DNA of 64,000 nt, from NCBI GenBank assembly GCA_903813345.2, contig CAIIXF020000001.1:10230001-10294000 (forward strand), in the 5' to 3' direction. The stretch is from Owenia fusiformis (Eukaryota). This document shows, piece after piece, positions 14,422 through 25,439 of the stretch. The translations under genes and the position numbers were made by a program. Position 1 is the first letter of the stretch, and each line of letters starts with the position of its first letter. A model generated the notes under the pieces. That model did no database searches, was not told the DNA's origin, and saw only the letters and a program-made list of their open reading frames with translations.

Positions 14422-14609
14422 CTGTACTAATATTGTCTTGGATCTGCCTCATTTGTAACATGAGCGAATAATAGAGAGCTCCTAGGCCCCCCACAGCAGC
14501 TAGTAAGATGAGCAATGATAATGCCACTATGAAACCACGTAAAGTACAACAACTTGGTTCTACTCGTTGTGTAATATGTACCTCCTCTTTAGGGAATTCT
14601 TTGAGCTTT
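14422..14609 (-). CDS. Orphan coding exon with a Cys-Cys-preceded TM helix and coiled-coil start; candidate alternative TM exon of the EFCAB14-like gene
   Basis: Strong acceptor (cttttatattttcag) and donor (G|gtaaga); 188 nt open frame KLKEFPKEEVHITQRVEPSCCTLRGFIVALSLLILLAAVGGLGALYYSLMLQMRQIQDNIST; same phases (2 in, 1 out) as EFCAB14 exon 2. Confidence 0.5.
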
Positions 14610-14965
14610 CTGAAAATATAAAAGTGGTTGGAAGTGAATGTAAATATTAGGCCCGTGGCCAGCTTTTGGCCAAGGGGGTGGTCACATCTGTCACCTTTCA
14701 AAAAAGCCAGGGGGATTTACAGTTGACCATCACTTGAAAAGTGCTTGGAATGGTGAAAACCTGCAATTTTTGGCTGGGGTGTTTTGCTCGCATCTGCTGA
14801 ACCTACCCTGGGTATGGGGCCTGTATTGTATATGACCTATAGAAGGGCCTAATTTAAAGTGTGCTGTTTACCACATACTGCACTGCATTGGCTACCTCCC
14901 ACTTCATTAACATTTGAAACAAGGCACAGACGTGAACAAAATCATACCTAAAACACAGCATTGTA

Positions 14966-15757
14966 CACTCCCCCCAGTTTTCTGCAAGTTAAAATGCTCA
15001 ATTCTGCAAGTGAAATTAGTGAATTCTGCAAGAAGAAAGGGCTAATTCTGCAGAAATTCCGCGGATATTCGCGGCATTTTTTTGCGGTTATTATAAAAAA
15101 AATCAAGATTGGTTTAACAAGAACAGTATCATATATTCTAAAACATGATTTGATAATCATATTCCTACATGTTAAACCCTGCCACAAACAAATTTGACCA
15201 CTGAAAGTTCCATTTCCATGAAAATGCTGTAATTAATCAAATTTCACATTTTTCGAAACTTCAAACACGGAGGATCGGGCGCATAATGGGAATCACGATA
15301 TATGTAAATCAGGTTTTAAGTGTAATATCTCATTGGAGTTCGAAGTTTTCGATCAATAACTTAATAATATAAATAACTGTTATTAATTTATGTCTTTGTT
15401 TAACTTTCTGACGAGAACCGAAAGAAAAACTAATGGTTTTCGAACCAGTAAACGGGAAAATATCGTGATAGTCAGGTAGTCAGTCTCAGTCACTACATAC
15501 ATGCTGCCATCTAATGGCAGAAATCAAACGATGGCGTTTAGAATTTTCACTTCGCATAATTTGGGTTATTTCTGCAAGGGATTTGACTGAAAACGTGTCA
15601 AATTGTTACAGGTAAGACTGACTTTTTAAACTTTTGGAAAATATATGGATTCTGCGGAAAATTCCGCGGAAATTGACCAAAATAGTTGATTCTGCAATTC
15701 CGCGGGCAGAGGCAAATTCCGTCCGCGCTCTGCAAACACGGAATCCTGGGGGCAGTG
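14966..15757. mobile_element. Non-autonomous DNA transposon with a 7-bp target duplication
   Basis: CATTGTA|cactccccccag ... ctgggggcagtg|CATTGTA; subterminal aattctgc/aattccgc repeats at both ends. Confidence 0.75.
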
Positions 15758-15760
15758 CAT

Positions 15761-16590
15761 TGTAGTCTTGTTGACCAAGAAAGCAAGATGGCCGCAGAAA
15801 AGTTAATCAGCTCTAGAACTTATCACTGTGTAACATACGTAAAAATTTGAACGGTTTGGCTGGAAACCTGTAGACAAGCCTCGATAGACAAGATTTTAGG
15901 ACAGAAAATCTAAAATGGCAGCCTTAACATTTACCCAGAATGCCCTAAAACTAATCAGTTCTTGACGTTGATATGTAGAAACATCCCTGAAAATTTCAGA
16001 TGAATCCCTCAAATGGTTTGGCTGGAAACCTGTAGACAAGTCTTGAAAGTGAAGATTTTAGGACGGAAAATCCAAAATGGCCACCTTAAAATTTAACCAG
16101 AATGCCTAAAATCTAATCAGCTCTTGACGTTGATATGTAGAAACATCCCTGAAAATTTCATATGAATCCCTCAAAAGGTTTGGCTGGAAACCTGTAGACA
16201 AGTCTTGAAAGTAAAGATTTTAGGACGGAAAATCCAAAATGGCCACCTTAAAATTTACCCAGAATGCCCAAAAAATGTAGAAACATCCCTGAAAATTTCA
16301 GATGAATCCCTCAAATGGTTTGGCTGAAAACCTGTAGACAAGTCTTGAAAGTGAAGATTTTAGGACGGAAAATCCAAAATGGCCACCTTAAAATTTACCC
16401 AGAATGCCTAAAAACTAATCAGTTCTCGACGTTGATATGTAGAAACATCCCTGAAAATTTCAGATGAATCCCTCAAATGGTTTGGCTGGAAACCTGTAGA
16501 CAAGCTGAAAAGTGAGACGCCGCCCGCCGCCCGCCCGCCGCCCGTCAAGCTGACTACAATATCGTACCTCTTGTTAGGCACGATAAAAAT
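15761..16590 (+). mobile_element. Helentron-associated (HINE/DINE-1-like) element carrying a tandem array with a unit of about 162 bp
   Basis: Subterminal IR tgtagtcttgttgac / gtcaagctgactaca; over 4 tandem units (starts at about 15856, 16017, 16179, 16319, 16481); (CCG/CCCG)n microsatellite; 3' hairpin atcgtacct...aggcacgat followed by an A-run. Confidence 0.7.
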
Positions 16591-16728
16591 ATAAAATATG
16601 CAGGAGAAAAAATTTATATTTATGATCCCTTTTAAATTTTCACCTAGATTTTAGACTAGGCCTCTTTATCTATTGGTACCAATAAAAAAATCGCATGAGT
16701 ATTAACATAACATAAAATTGATACTAAC

Positions 16729-16779
16729 ACTTTGACGCAACGCAGTTCTGACTCAAAAATGCTTGCATTTCCTTTTACC
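16729..16779 (-). CDS. Candidate 51-nt exon upstream of the orphan TM exon
   Basis: ttttcatttctgacag|...|gttagt; phase 2-2 open frame VKGNASIFESELRCVK joins in frame to 14609. Confidence 0.3.
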
Positions 16780-16860
16780 CTGTCAGAAATGAAAACACAA
16801 ATATTGCATCTTCAAGTGCCTTTTTGCAACAGTTGTTTTCTGATTCTCTCTTTAAGGCAA

Positions 16861-17130
16861 GTGTGTATTTCCTCTTGCTTTTCTCAAGAAAGTAACCTAC
16901 TAACCTTGCATTGTCTTCTTTTAGTAAACCTGAGAGTATGTCAATGGCGAATCCAGGAAAGTCTGATACTTCAAGAAAAATCTTTCAAAATGGCCACCTT
17001 TTCAATTTTCCAAATTGTTTGTCCAAGTTTCTCCATAACACTGGATTGCCATTAATTGACCACTTACTAGGTTTACTAAAAGAAGACAACATAATGATAC
17101 TTTCCTGAAAAAGCAAGGAAATACACACAT
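16861..17130. repeat. Imperfect inverted duplication, arms about 95 bp with a 21-bp perfect core
   Basis: ttgtcttcttttagtaaacct (16911-16931) vs aggtttactaaaagaagacaa (17069-17089); similarity extends to gtgtgtatttcc / ggaaatacacac. Confidence 0.8.
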
Positions 17131-19755
17131 GTCTTCATACTTTATTTTGTACCAGAAAATAACATGGACAGGTATAGAATTTTTCCAAAAATGTTTTCTG
17201 GAAAGAATAACCTTAAATTTTCAAAATTTGGGCCCAGATTGTGGTGTTAGGGACCCAAATGAAATTTCCGCACAAGCGCTGACATTTTTTCTTGAAATAT
17301 GGGCCCCCTTCTTAGCTTCTGGATCCACAAGTGCACATATGAATATCATATTTTCTTATTTTTAAGAGCCAAAGTTGTCGAAGGAAATTGTAAGGATAAT
17401 GCTTGTAAGTTATAGCTGGAGAATGCAACATGTATATTCTTTATAGATGGGAACTGGACAAGACTGTATATCCTCTAGAGTGCAATTTTTTGGAAAGGAA
17501 TGAAAATATTCAGACTATAGCCCACATATGTTAAAATTTGGGATCGAAAAATATTTGTTTGCAGAGGAAGTGCCACTCAAAATGGCCGATGGAGTAAATT
17601 AATTTGCATATTTTTTTCTTCCCCTAACTTTATTTCCATTTTGACAATGTTACTTTTTATAGCATTTTATTGTACCTTACTACAATTGAATTAAATGTTT
17701 ATTTTTGGAAAGTGAAACTTCCTAAAATTTTGTGCAGAAAATTTCTTTTTTCCACAGGAGGGACATGATGATCAATAGATCGAATTCTGAAGATACTTGT
17801 ATTCGGTCTATTGGATATAGATTAGGAACTCGACTAGATTTTTTATACATGTCCCTTTGGCCACAGTGAACAGAATTTCCTTCGTATTATTATTTAAAAC
17901 TACATGTGCGGAATTTTTTTCCTAAAAAATATTGATGGATTATACACATCTTCATCATGATTTTTGAGATTTGGCAGTTATACAGGCCCGAGATAACACT
18001 CTAAAGGATCTAGAAAAAGATATTTCAAACCCCAATCTTGCTATTATGGCAAGATAATACTGCGAATGTAAGCACTGCATAAATCACAAAATTCGTAAAA
18101 TGATCCGCGGTCCGCCTTATGACCAATCACATTGCGGGACGCACGCGCAGTATCCATGTAGAAATGAAATTCTACATGTATCTCTCGATCTCCTAACCTG
18201 ATATTTATTACTTATTGTATTGAAGTTCCAACTACCGTGCCTTGGGCATATGGAAGAATGACATATATAGCATGGGGAGTAAGTCACCTTACCCCTCCCT
18301 CTTATGTTAGAATAATAATGTAATGATCCTGACTCATTACTTTTTATTTTATCATGTCTTTTATATTTTACTTTATTTTTTGTTGCATTATTTTATTTTG
18401 TTGGGAAATATTTGAGTTATCATGTTAAGGCTAGGCAGCACTATAGAGCGTCAGTCTACATGTGTTTTTAAATCTTTATAGCCAATCAAATTTCAAGATT
18501 AGTTAGCTAGTCAGAGAATTGACCAATAGCATCCTGGTAAAGTTTTCATATTGTTTAACAGCAGTTGTTAAGTTAGTCTGAAAGTCTTAGTTTGGAACTG
18601 ACAAGGGAACAAAATCTTTGAAACAAGAAATAATGCATTGTGATACAGTTTTGGATTAAGTTTGAGATGATAGGAATTGCCTGCTAGTAAAGAGAAACAT
18701 CAATGGACTGCTAAGATGGGTGACCGATCTGGATATGCTTATATAGAACTGATATAAAATAGACTTTGGTTGCAGATTTACCATATTATCGTGTGGGATG
18801 AATATATGTCAGAGTATGGTGGACAATTGTAGAATCCCTGTGAACTATTTTAATTAACGCAAGACTTCGTAACAAATTCGTAAAGCTGTTTAAGGAGACG
18901 CAAGACTCGATTGTGTATTCCAGACCGTGTGAACGTGCAGAGACACAGACCACACCCACTCATGGCAGCATCTCAAGCAGGGTTTCGCTATTAAGTATTC
19001 TTATTGTTCATGTTCTGTTGGTGTTCTGAACTTTAGTTTAGTTGCTTTTTTCTACCTTGTTCAGTTTGATCAAAGATGACTATTATTGCTAAGCGTTCCA
19101 TTGGGTTAAGTTGTCAGCGGTCGCGCTAGGTATGTTATTGTGCTGTGTTATGAGATAGATTGTGTCGTTGTTTGCTAGGTAGAGATAGATTAGGGAAGGA
19201 TGGATTTAAGTGAGTGTTGCTTTAAATCAAGAGTAAGTTAAATAAGATCGGTCCTGTTGTGAGAAACAGTATCTTATTCGTAACTTCGTGAAACTCTTTG
19301 ATTATGTAAATATTCATTTATAAATATATCATCTTTCACATTATATCTTACATATTAGATTTATATCATCATTAAACTTTATAATCTAATTTCACTGTCT
19401 GTTGTTTTGCGTAAAGGTGGTCAATTTGGTCTAAGTTTATTTTCAACAGATTGTTTCATCTTCATTTAAAATCCATATATTTAAGGGGTCATATCAAGCT
19501 CACATTTGCAATCTGTTGGGAATACTTAGGTGCAAGTTGTGTTGAAGTTCCCATTTCAATCATTTTCTATTGCAATCACCCCCTCCCACAGTTAGAAGTA
19601 TTTCAGTTCAGTTTGTCATTTAAAGGTGTCAGCACCTTCCAGTATCATATTGTGGGAATTTTTAATTTCCCCTGAGTAATACTTGGGCCTGTGAAACGTT
19701 TATTTTACAGGATTTTGTGTTATTTTATCTTTATTCAATGTTCCGTCCCTGTAAA

Positions 19756-20239
19756 GAATGCAAAACTGCAGCAAATAATGACAGCAAATAATCCAAATAT
19801 CCTGTAGATATAGTTCTCAATTCAAATCGATCACGCTCTCCCATAAAACGATACCAACTGACGAGGTGTTTCCTCTGCAAAGTCTTGGTTTACTCTGATT
19901 TACAGGTCACTTTCTCACACTAAATGTTTACTTGATCAGCAAGCTGAGTTGGAATAAATTTGAATAATTAAGCACTCAGCAACAGAGCTCAACCAATCAG
20001 ATGGCTTCATTTGAATTTACCGCCAACTTAAGTTGTAGTTTTCCCATGATGCAACTTGAGGTGTCTGGATTTTAGTGTGAGAAAGTGACCTGTAAATCAG
20101 AGTAAACCAAGACTTTGCAGAGGAAACACCTCGTCAGTTGGTATCGTTTTATGGGAGAGCGTGATCGATTTGAATTGAGAACTATATCTACAGGATATTT
20201 GGATTATTTGCTGTCATTATTTGCTGCAGTTTTGCATTC
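19756..20239. repeat. Perfect 169-bp inverted repeat with a 146-bp spacer
   Basis: 19756-19924 is the reverse complement of 20071-20239 with no mismatch seen by eye. Confidence 0.9.
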
Positions 20240-20279
20240 GTTTTGCATTCGTTTTTGACTGTGCGAGATACAGGAAGAT

Positions 20280-22010
20280 AACAGCCAGTTTTGGGTGAGT
20301 TGGCAATTTGATTATTGAGTTTGACGCCATCTTGCCGTCCGTTATTTTGATTTCTTCTTCCCAGAGTTCCCTGCGGTCGGCCATCTTTATTTTTTACGGA
20401 AGTGACGCCATCTTAAGGAGTGATTCCTTCTCTGAGTAGTTACAACTCTTGTCTAATCTCAGTTTGATTGATATTCGAGAGTCGCGTCTGCTCCGAGAGG
20501 TCCCTGCTCCGAGTTATTACCCCTCCAACCATTTTAAGAACAATTTTTCCTCCGAGTTACATTGGCTCTGAGTAGGTACAACTCTTGTCTAATCTCAGTT
20601 TGATTGATATTCGAGAGTCGTGTCTGCTCTGAGGACTGTCAGCTCTGAGTCATTACTACTCCATTTGCCCCGAGGATCGCCAGCTCCGAGTAATTATGGC
20701 TCTTGTCTAATCTCAGTTTGATTGATATTCGAGAGTCATATCTGCTCCGAGGACTCACTGCTCCGAGTCATTACTCCTCCATTTGCTCCGAGTCATTACT
20801 CCTCCATTTGCTCCGAGAATTGCCAGCTCCGAGTGATTACTCCTCCATCTAGTTGAGAGCCATACCTACTCCGAGGACTCACTGCTCCGAGTGCTTACTC
20901 CTCCATCTACTCTAGAGTGGAAACTCCGTCTAATCTCAGTTTAATGATCGATATTCGTGAGTTGCTTCTTCTCCTCCTCTGAGTTATTGATGATCCGAAA
21001 TTGATACAAGTTGCTGAACTTGACATACCCTCTGAAGTGATTTGACTCCTCCAGAAGTTAGATACTGAGGTTACACTACCGGAACCAAGGTATTTCTGTG
21101 TTGCAAGGTTTATTCCAATTGGAGCCAAGGTTACTCCACCGGAACTAAGGTACTCCACGATCGAGAAGTAGCAGCTCTGGTCTAATCTCACCATCTGATT
21201 GACATTCCAGAGGTGTTATTTCTCTGTAGAGAAAGAAGAGGTTTCTCCTGTGAAGTGGCTACTCCCCGAGCAGAAGATACTCCCGGAGCCTGGACCCCTT
21301 CCACGAGACAGTTTTATAGAGACGAGAAGACTCCTGGAGTGGAAGGTATTCCAATAGCTAGGGTCTTGTACAAAAGAAGAGGTTTCTCCTGTGAAGTGGC
21401 GAGTCCCCGAGCAGAAGATACTCCCGGAGCCTGGACCCCTTCCACGAGACAGTTTTATAGAGACGAGAAGACTCCTGGAGTGGAAGGTATTCCAATAGCT
21501 AGGGTCTTGTACAAAAGAAGAGGTTTCTCCTGTGAAGTGGCGACTCCCCGAGCAGAAGATACTCCCGGAGCCTGGACCCCTTCCACGAGACAGTTTTATA
21601 GATACAAAATAACTCCTTGAGCCAAGGTTACACTTCCGGAACCAAAACTCCTGGAGCCCTGATTCCTCCGAGGTGACACGACTCTGAGGGACAGCACAGT
21701 GAAGATTATTTGGAGCATTTATAACTTGGGTCTAATCTCAGTTTTGATTGATATTCCTGAGTTATTCCTCCTCCATAGATATCACATTGAAGCCGTGATA
21801 TAGACGAGACGATACCTAGAGCAGAAGGAACTCCCCCGAGGTTAGATTCCAGTTTAGAGGTGAAGAAAGCTGCAGAGGAGCAGATCCTCCTCAGGCCATT
21901 TTACCAGTTGGAGCAGAAGGACCTCCTAGAGGGTGAAGATAGTTCATAGGAGCAGATCCTCCTCCTCTTACAATTATTCAAGAAGGAACAATTACAGAGA
22001 CATTCAAGCT
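20280..22010 (+). repeat. GC-elevated composite repeat region, probably an unclassified mobile-element remnant
   Basis: ctcttgtctaatctcagtttgattgatattcgagagtc at 20446, 20582 and 20700 (partials near 20927, 21180, 21730); many gctccgag motifs; 141-bp tandem array. Confidence 0.65.
21232..21602. repeat. Near-identical tandem repeat, 141-bp unit, about 2.6 copies
   Basis: Units start at 21232, 21373 and 21514; visible as the 47-aa repeat in ORF 21213-21620. Confidence 0.95.
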
Positions 22011-25000
22011 CTATATACTGGGGTTTCAATAACAGCCGGCGGGCGGCGAAAACGCCGCTTCAAATCCCAGTTACGCCGGTTCAAATTTTGAGAGAAAAAA
22101 AATTGAGAAAAAAATTGCCGGTCCAAATGATGAGAGATTTTGCTGACACATGAGACAAATCAATTTAGTTTGACATGTCAAATGAAAGAATATAAATTGG
22201 CCTACCTTGTGAATGCAAAATCTAAGTATAATAGGCAGATAATCAGCAGTATTTTAGGGAAACACTAAGATAATTATCTTACTGTAATCCGGCCACCATT
22301 TTTATTGACCTACTCTCAAACCAACATTGCTTTGAGACTAATGGGTCAGTAGCAAAAAACCTTTATCACTGTCCTGTCAACTTTCAATGGACACTATATT
22401 ATTAACAATTACACAAGTACAACATGTAAAACAAACAGTATAATCAATACAATTGATCTTCTTGGTATTATCTTACATCATAGTGAGGAAGCACAAAGGG
22501 CAACATTTGAAAACAAATAAAATATTACAAGTCAAAAATGCATATCAAACTATTGAATGTTAATCTTTATACAGTATTTCATTGAGATTAATAATGTGTC
22601 AGAAAGGAATATTGAGTTTATTACTTTACATGAGTCAACATTTAAAAAACACATAAAGTAATGAACAAGTCAAATAGATCTATTGCTCATACAGTTTATA
22701 TTAAAGTGACAGGAAAATACTGATTTTATTGTTTTACGTCACAGTGAGGAAGCACAAGGGGTAACATTTAACTCCAAATATGAACGAGAATGCGAGCGAA
22801 GCGAGCGGCGATCAAAGATCCCTTATATCGTCCCTGGCCTTTCCCTGAAGTTGAGATACAGGGTACTCCTTGGAAACGTCCCGGCGCGACAATATTATTC
22901 CAAATTTCCCTCAATGACCAAGCAAATAATTTGATTGATATAATTTGATCAAGTAGACATGTAAATGAGATTATATAAGATAAGTAGTCTACTTACTTCA
23001 ACTTTTTTCTGTTTGTGCCTTTGAGTTTGAGTGGGGGAAGTGAAAATTGTTCCTGCTCGCTATCACTTCCCATATCGAGAAGTAATTTTTGATCGTCCTT
23101 ATCACCATCTGCCCCATCTCCTTTCACTCCATTCAGTTTATGCATCTTTAATGCTGTGTATTGTGTCATTTCAACTTATCCTATAGTGGGAAACTTTGAT
23201 TTTTTACGTGACAATTTCACATTTCTAAACTTTTAATTTTTCGAAAACCGGATATGACAAACGGGAGAAGTTAGTATTTCATTTTCACAACACAGTATCT
23301 CATTTTCACAAGACAATGTTGTGAGACTCTCCATTGTAAAGGATGGCTCCTTTTAACACCTTATATTAGCCCCGAAGACCTTTACACCATCTGAACATAA
23401 AATATTAGAATGTACATTAGTCACATTACCTTCTATAAAATACAAACATGAGGTCCCTCTGACATTTATTTTCCAAATAGGTCATATTGCATACCCATTG
23501 TATACAACTTAGCTGTAAATCATTTTTTTCAAGTTATGTTATCCTATCTGTCATCATTATTATCCTTTATCAAATGCACATTTTTGTGAGCTCATCATGT
23601 TACTATTTTTTTAAGAGTCACAAAGGGTAACATATAAAAAAGAAGTAAAAATCAAATAATTGAAAAATAAAACTAATTACCAACTTATTACCAACTAATT
23701 TACAACTAATTATCAACGTTTCTGCTGGCAATTGGAATTAAAGTTAAGCGTTAATTAAATCAATGATAATTATGGCCTAATTATCAGTAGCAAGTTCAAC
23801 GTAAATTAACTTACAATAATGCTGATTTATGATTTTTAGTTGATAATTAAGATATGAAATGTTTGAGGGTGATAGTAAGTGGTAAATTAAAACGTTTTTG
23901 TTCTGAAGTAGATTATTGGTTGATAGTTAACATATAGGATGATTATAATGATAATTAGTTGTAAATTAGGCCCATGATTTAGAAATACAAACCCCCTAAA
24001 TTTAATTTCAAGATGGTGGAAAAAGAAAACATGTGAGAGATATTTCTCTCATAAAATTGAGAATTACAACGTGAATGGTGCGTGTACTACCATGAAATTT
24101 GGTCAACATTATTATAAGGGTATGTAGAACATGAATACATTGTATGTTAAATCTTATTCACACTTCTGTCTGAAATGTTTATGAATTTAAAAATCTTTTT
24201 GAATCAGATCATATAATATTAATCCTAGAATGCAATTTAGGTACTAAGATGGGTTACCTATATTTCACAAGTAATCCAAATGTGCTCTTCTAAATAGTGA
24301 TTGTTAGATCAAAGACATTTCAAAGCATATTTTTGATTATATCTGTTACGTCCTTATTATGTAACATTATAGTCTAATGTTTGTGTTCTGATTTTAGTTG
24401 TTGATGGCAATAATGATGTTTTCACATGCTTTTCATGAATCTTAAAAATTTGCAAAATAGAATAGCTTTAAAAAAGAGGGGGAGAAACCCCAGGGTTCAA
24501 AGATGACATACGCTTATAATGTAAATCTGTATTGAGATGACATCGTCGCTGATTGGTTTAGCGAGTTGATCGTTGATTGGTTTAAAACTAGGTCAATTTG
24601 AAAACTTTAAAAACCAAGATGGAGGGTACGTTTTCGACAAAAGGTGTGCGAAGGAGCAAATCGTATGTCATCAATTGAATCATGGGGTTTTCCCTCCTCT
24701 TGCTGTGAAATTTCAATAGTTCAAGTTCAATGTTGTCTGTTCTGAAAGATCCTAATTAAGATGAATATTCCGTCACAAAATAGTTCAAGATGAAGCAAAA
24801 ATCTCTGAGTGAAGGGAAGCAAAAAAGAAGCGAGTCATTTTTGAGATGTCACAAATCTGACTTAAACCTAACTTTCAACTAATTATCAATAGTAAGTTAG
24901 GTGATAATTAGAGATTAACTTACATCAAACTTACAACTAACTTTCAACTAATTTACGTAAATAGCTCATTTGCATATTGATGGTAGTTAATCGTTAATTA

Positions 25001-25439
25001 AGTTGCAAATTAAGCGTTAATTAAGTTGATAATTAGCTCATTTGCATGTGAATTTTTACACCTAACTTTCAACCAATTATCAATAGTAAGTTAGGTGATA
25101 ATTGGAGATGATTTTCCATAGGCTTTTTTCAATTGGTCCTGTTGCTGAGATCTCTAAAAAGTTAATTAAAATAAACTTGGCCTCAATAGTTTATATCATT
25201 GATGTTTTACTTTGTATTACATGTAAATATCCCAGAGATGGGATGTCCAGGAAGTAAGGTAATACTTTAATTGTCAGAAACTGAAATCACAACAGATTGT
25301 GGAATGATATTAGACAATGTATTCCTCCAGCGTTCATGATGTCTAAAGTGTTAAAGTTGTTGTTGTTATGGTTTTTAGTTTAAAATATTTTATTTCTGTG
25401 TCACAGGTTTAAAAACTACATTTCAATATCATATAATAA

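Noticed and set aside
16905-17104. 200-nt exon with a single in-frame TGA as selenocysteine or readthrough
   Set aside because: No SECIS or selenoprotein motif seen; the region is an inverted duplication, and an internal intron explains the stop more simply.
18300-19710. Possible solo LTR (TGTAATGATCC ... TTACA, CCAAT boxes)
   Set aside because: No matching target duplication, second LTR, PBS or PPT could be identified.
20446-20740. Regularly spaced 38-bp repeats resembling a CRISPR array
   Set aside because: The spacers are related to each other (gctccgag-rich) and too long, there are no cas genes, and the context is a spliced animal genome.
21213-21620. 135-aa ORF with a 47-aa repeat as a host gene
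   Set aside because: It starts at GTG, is open mainly because the 141-bp unit is a multiple of 3, and has no recognisable domain or exon partners.
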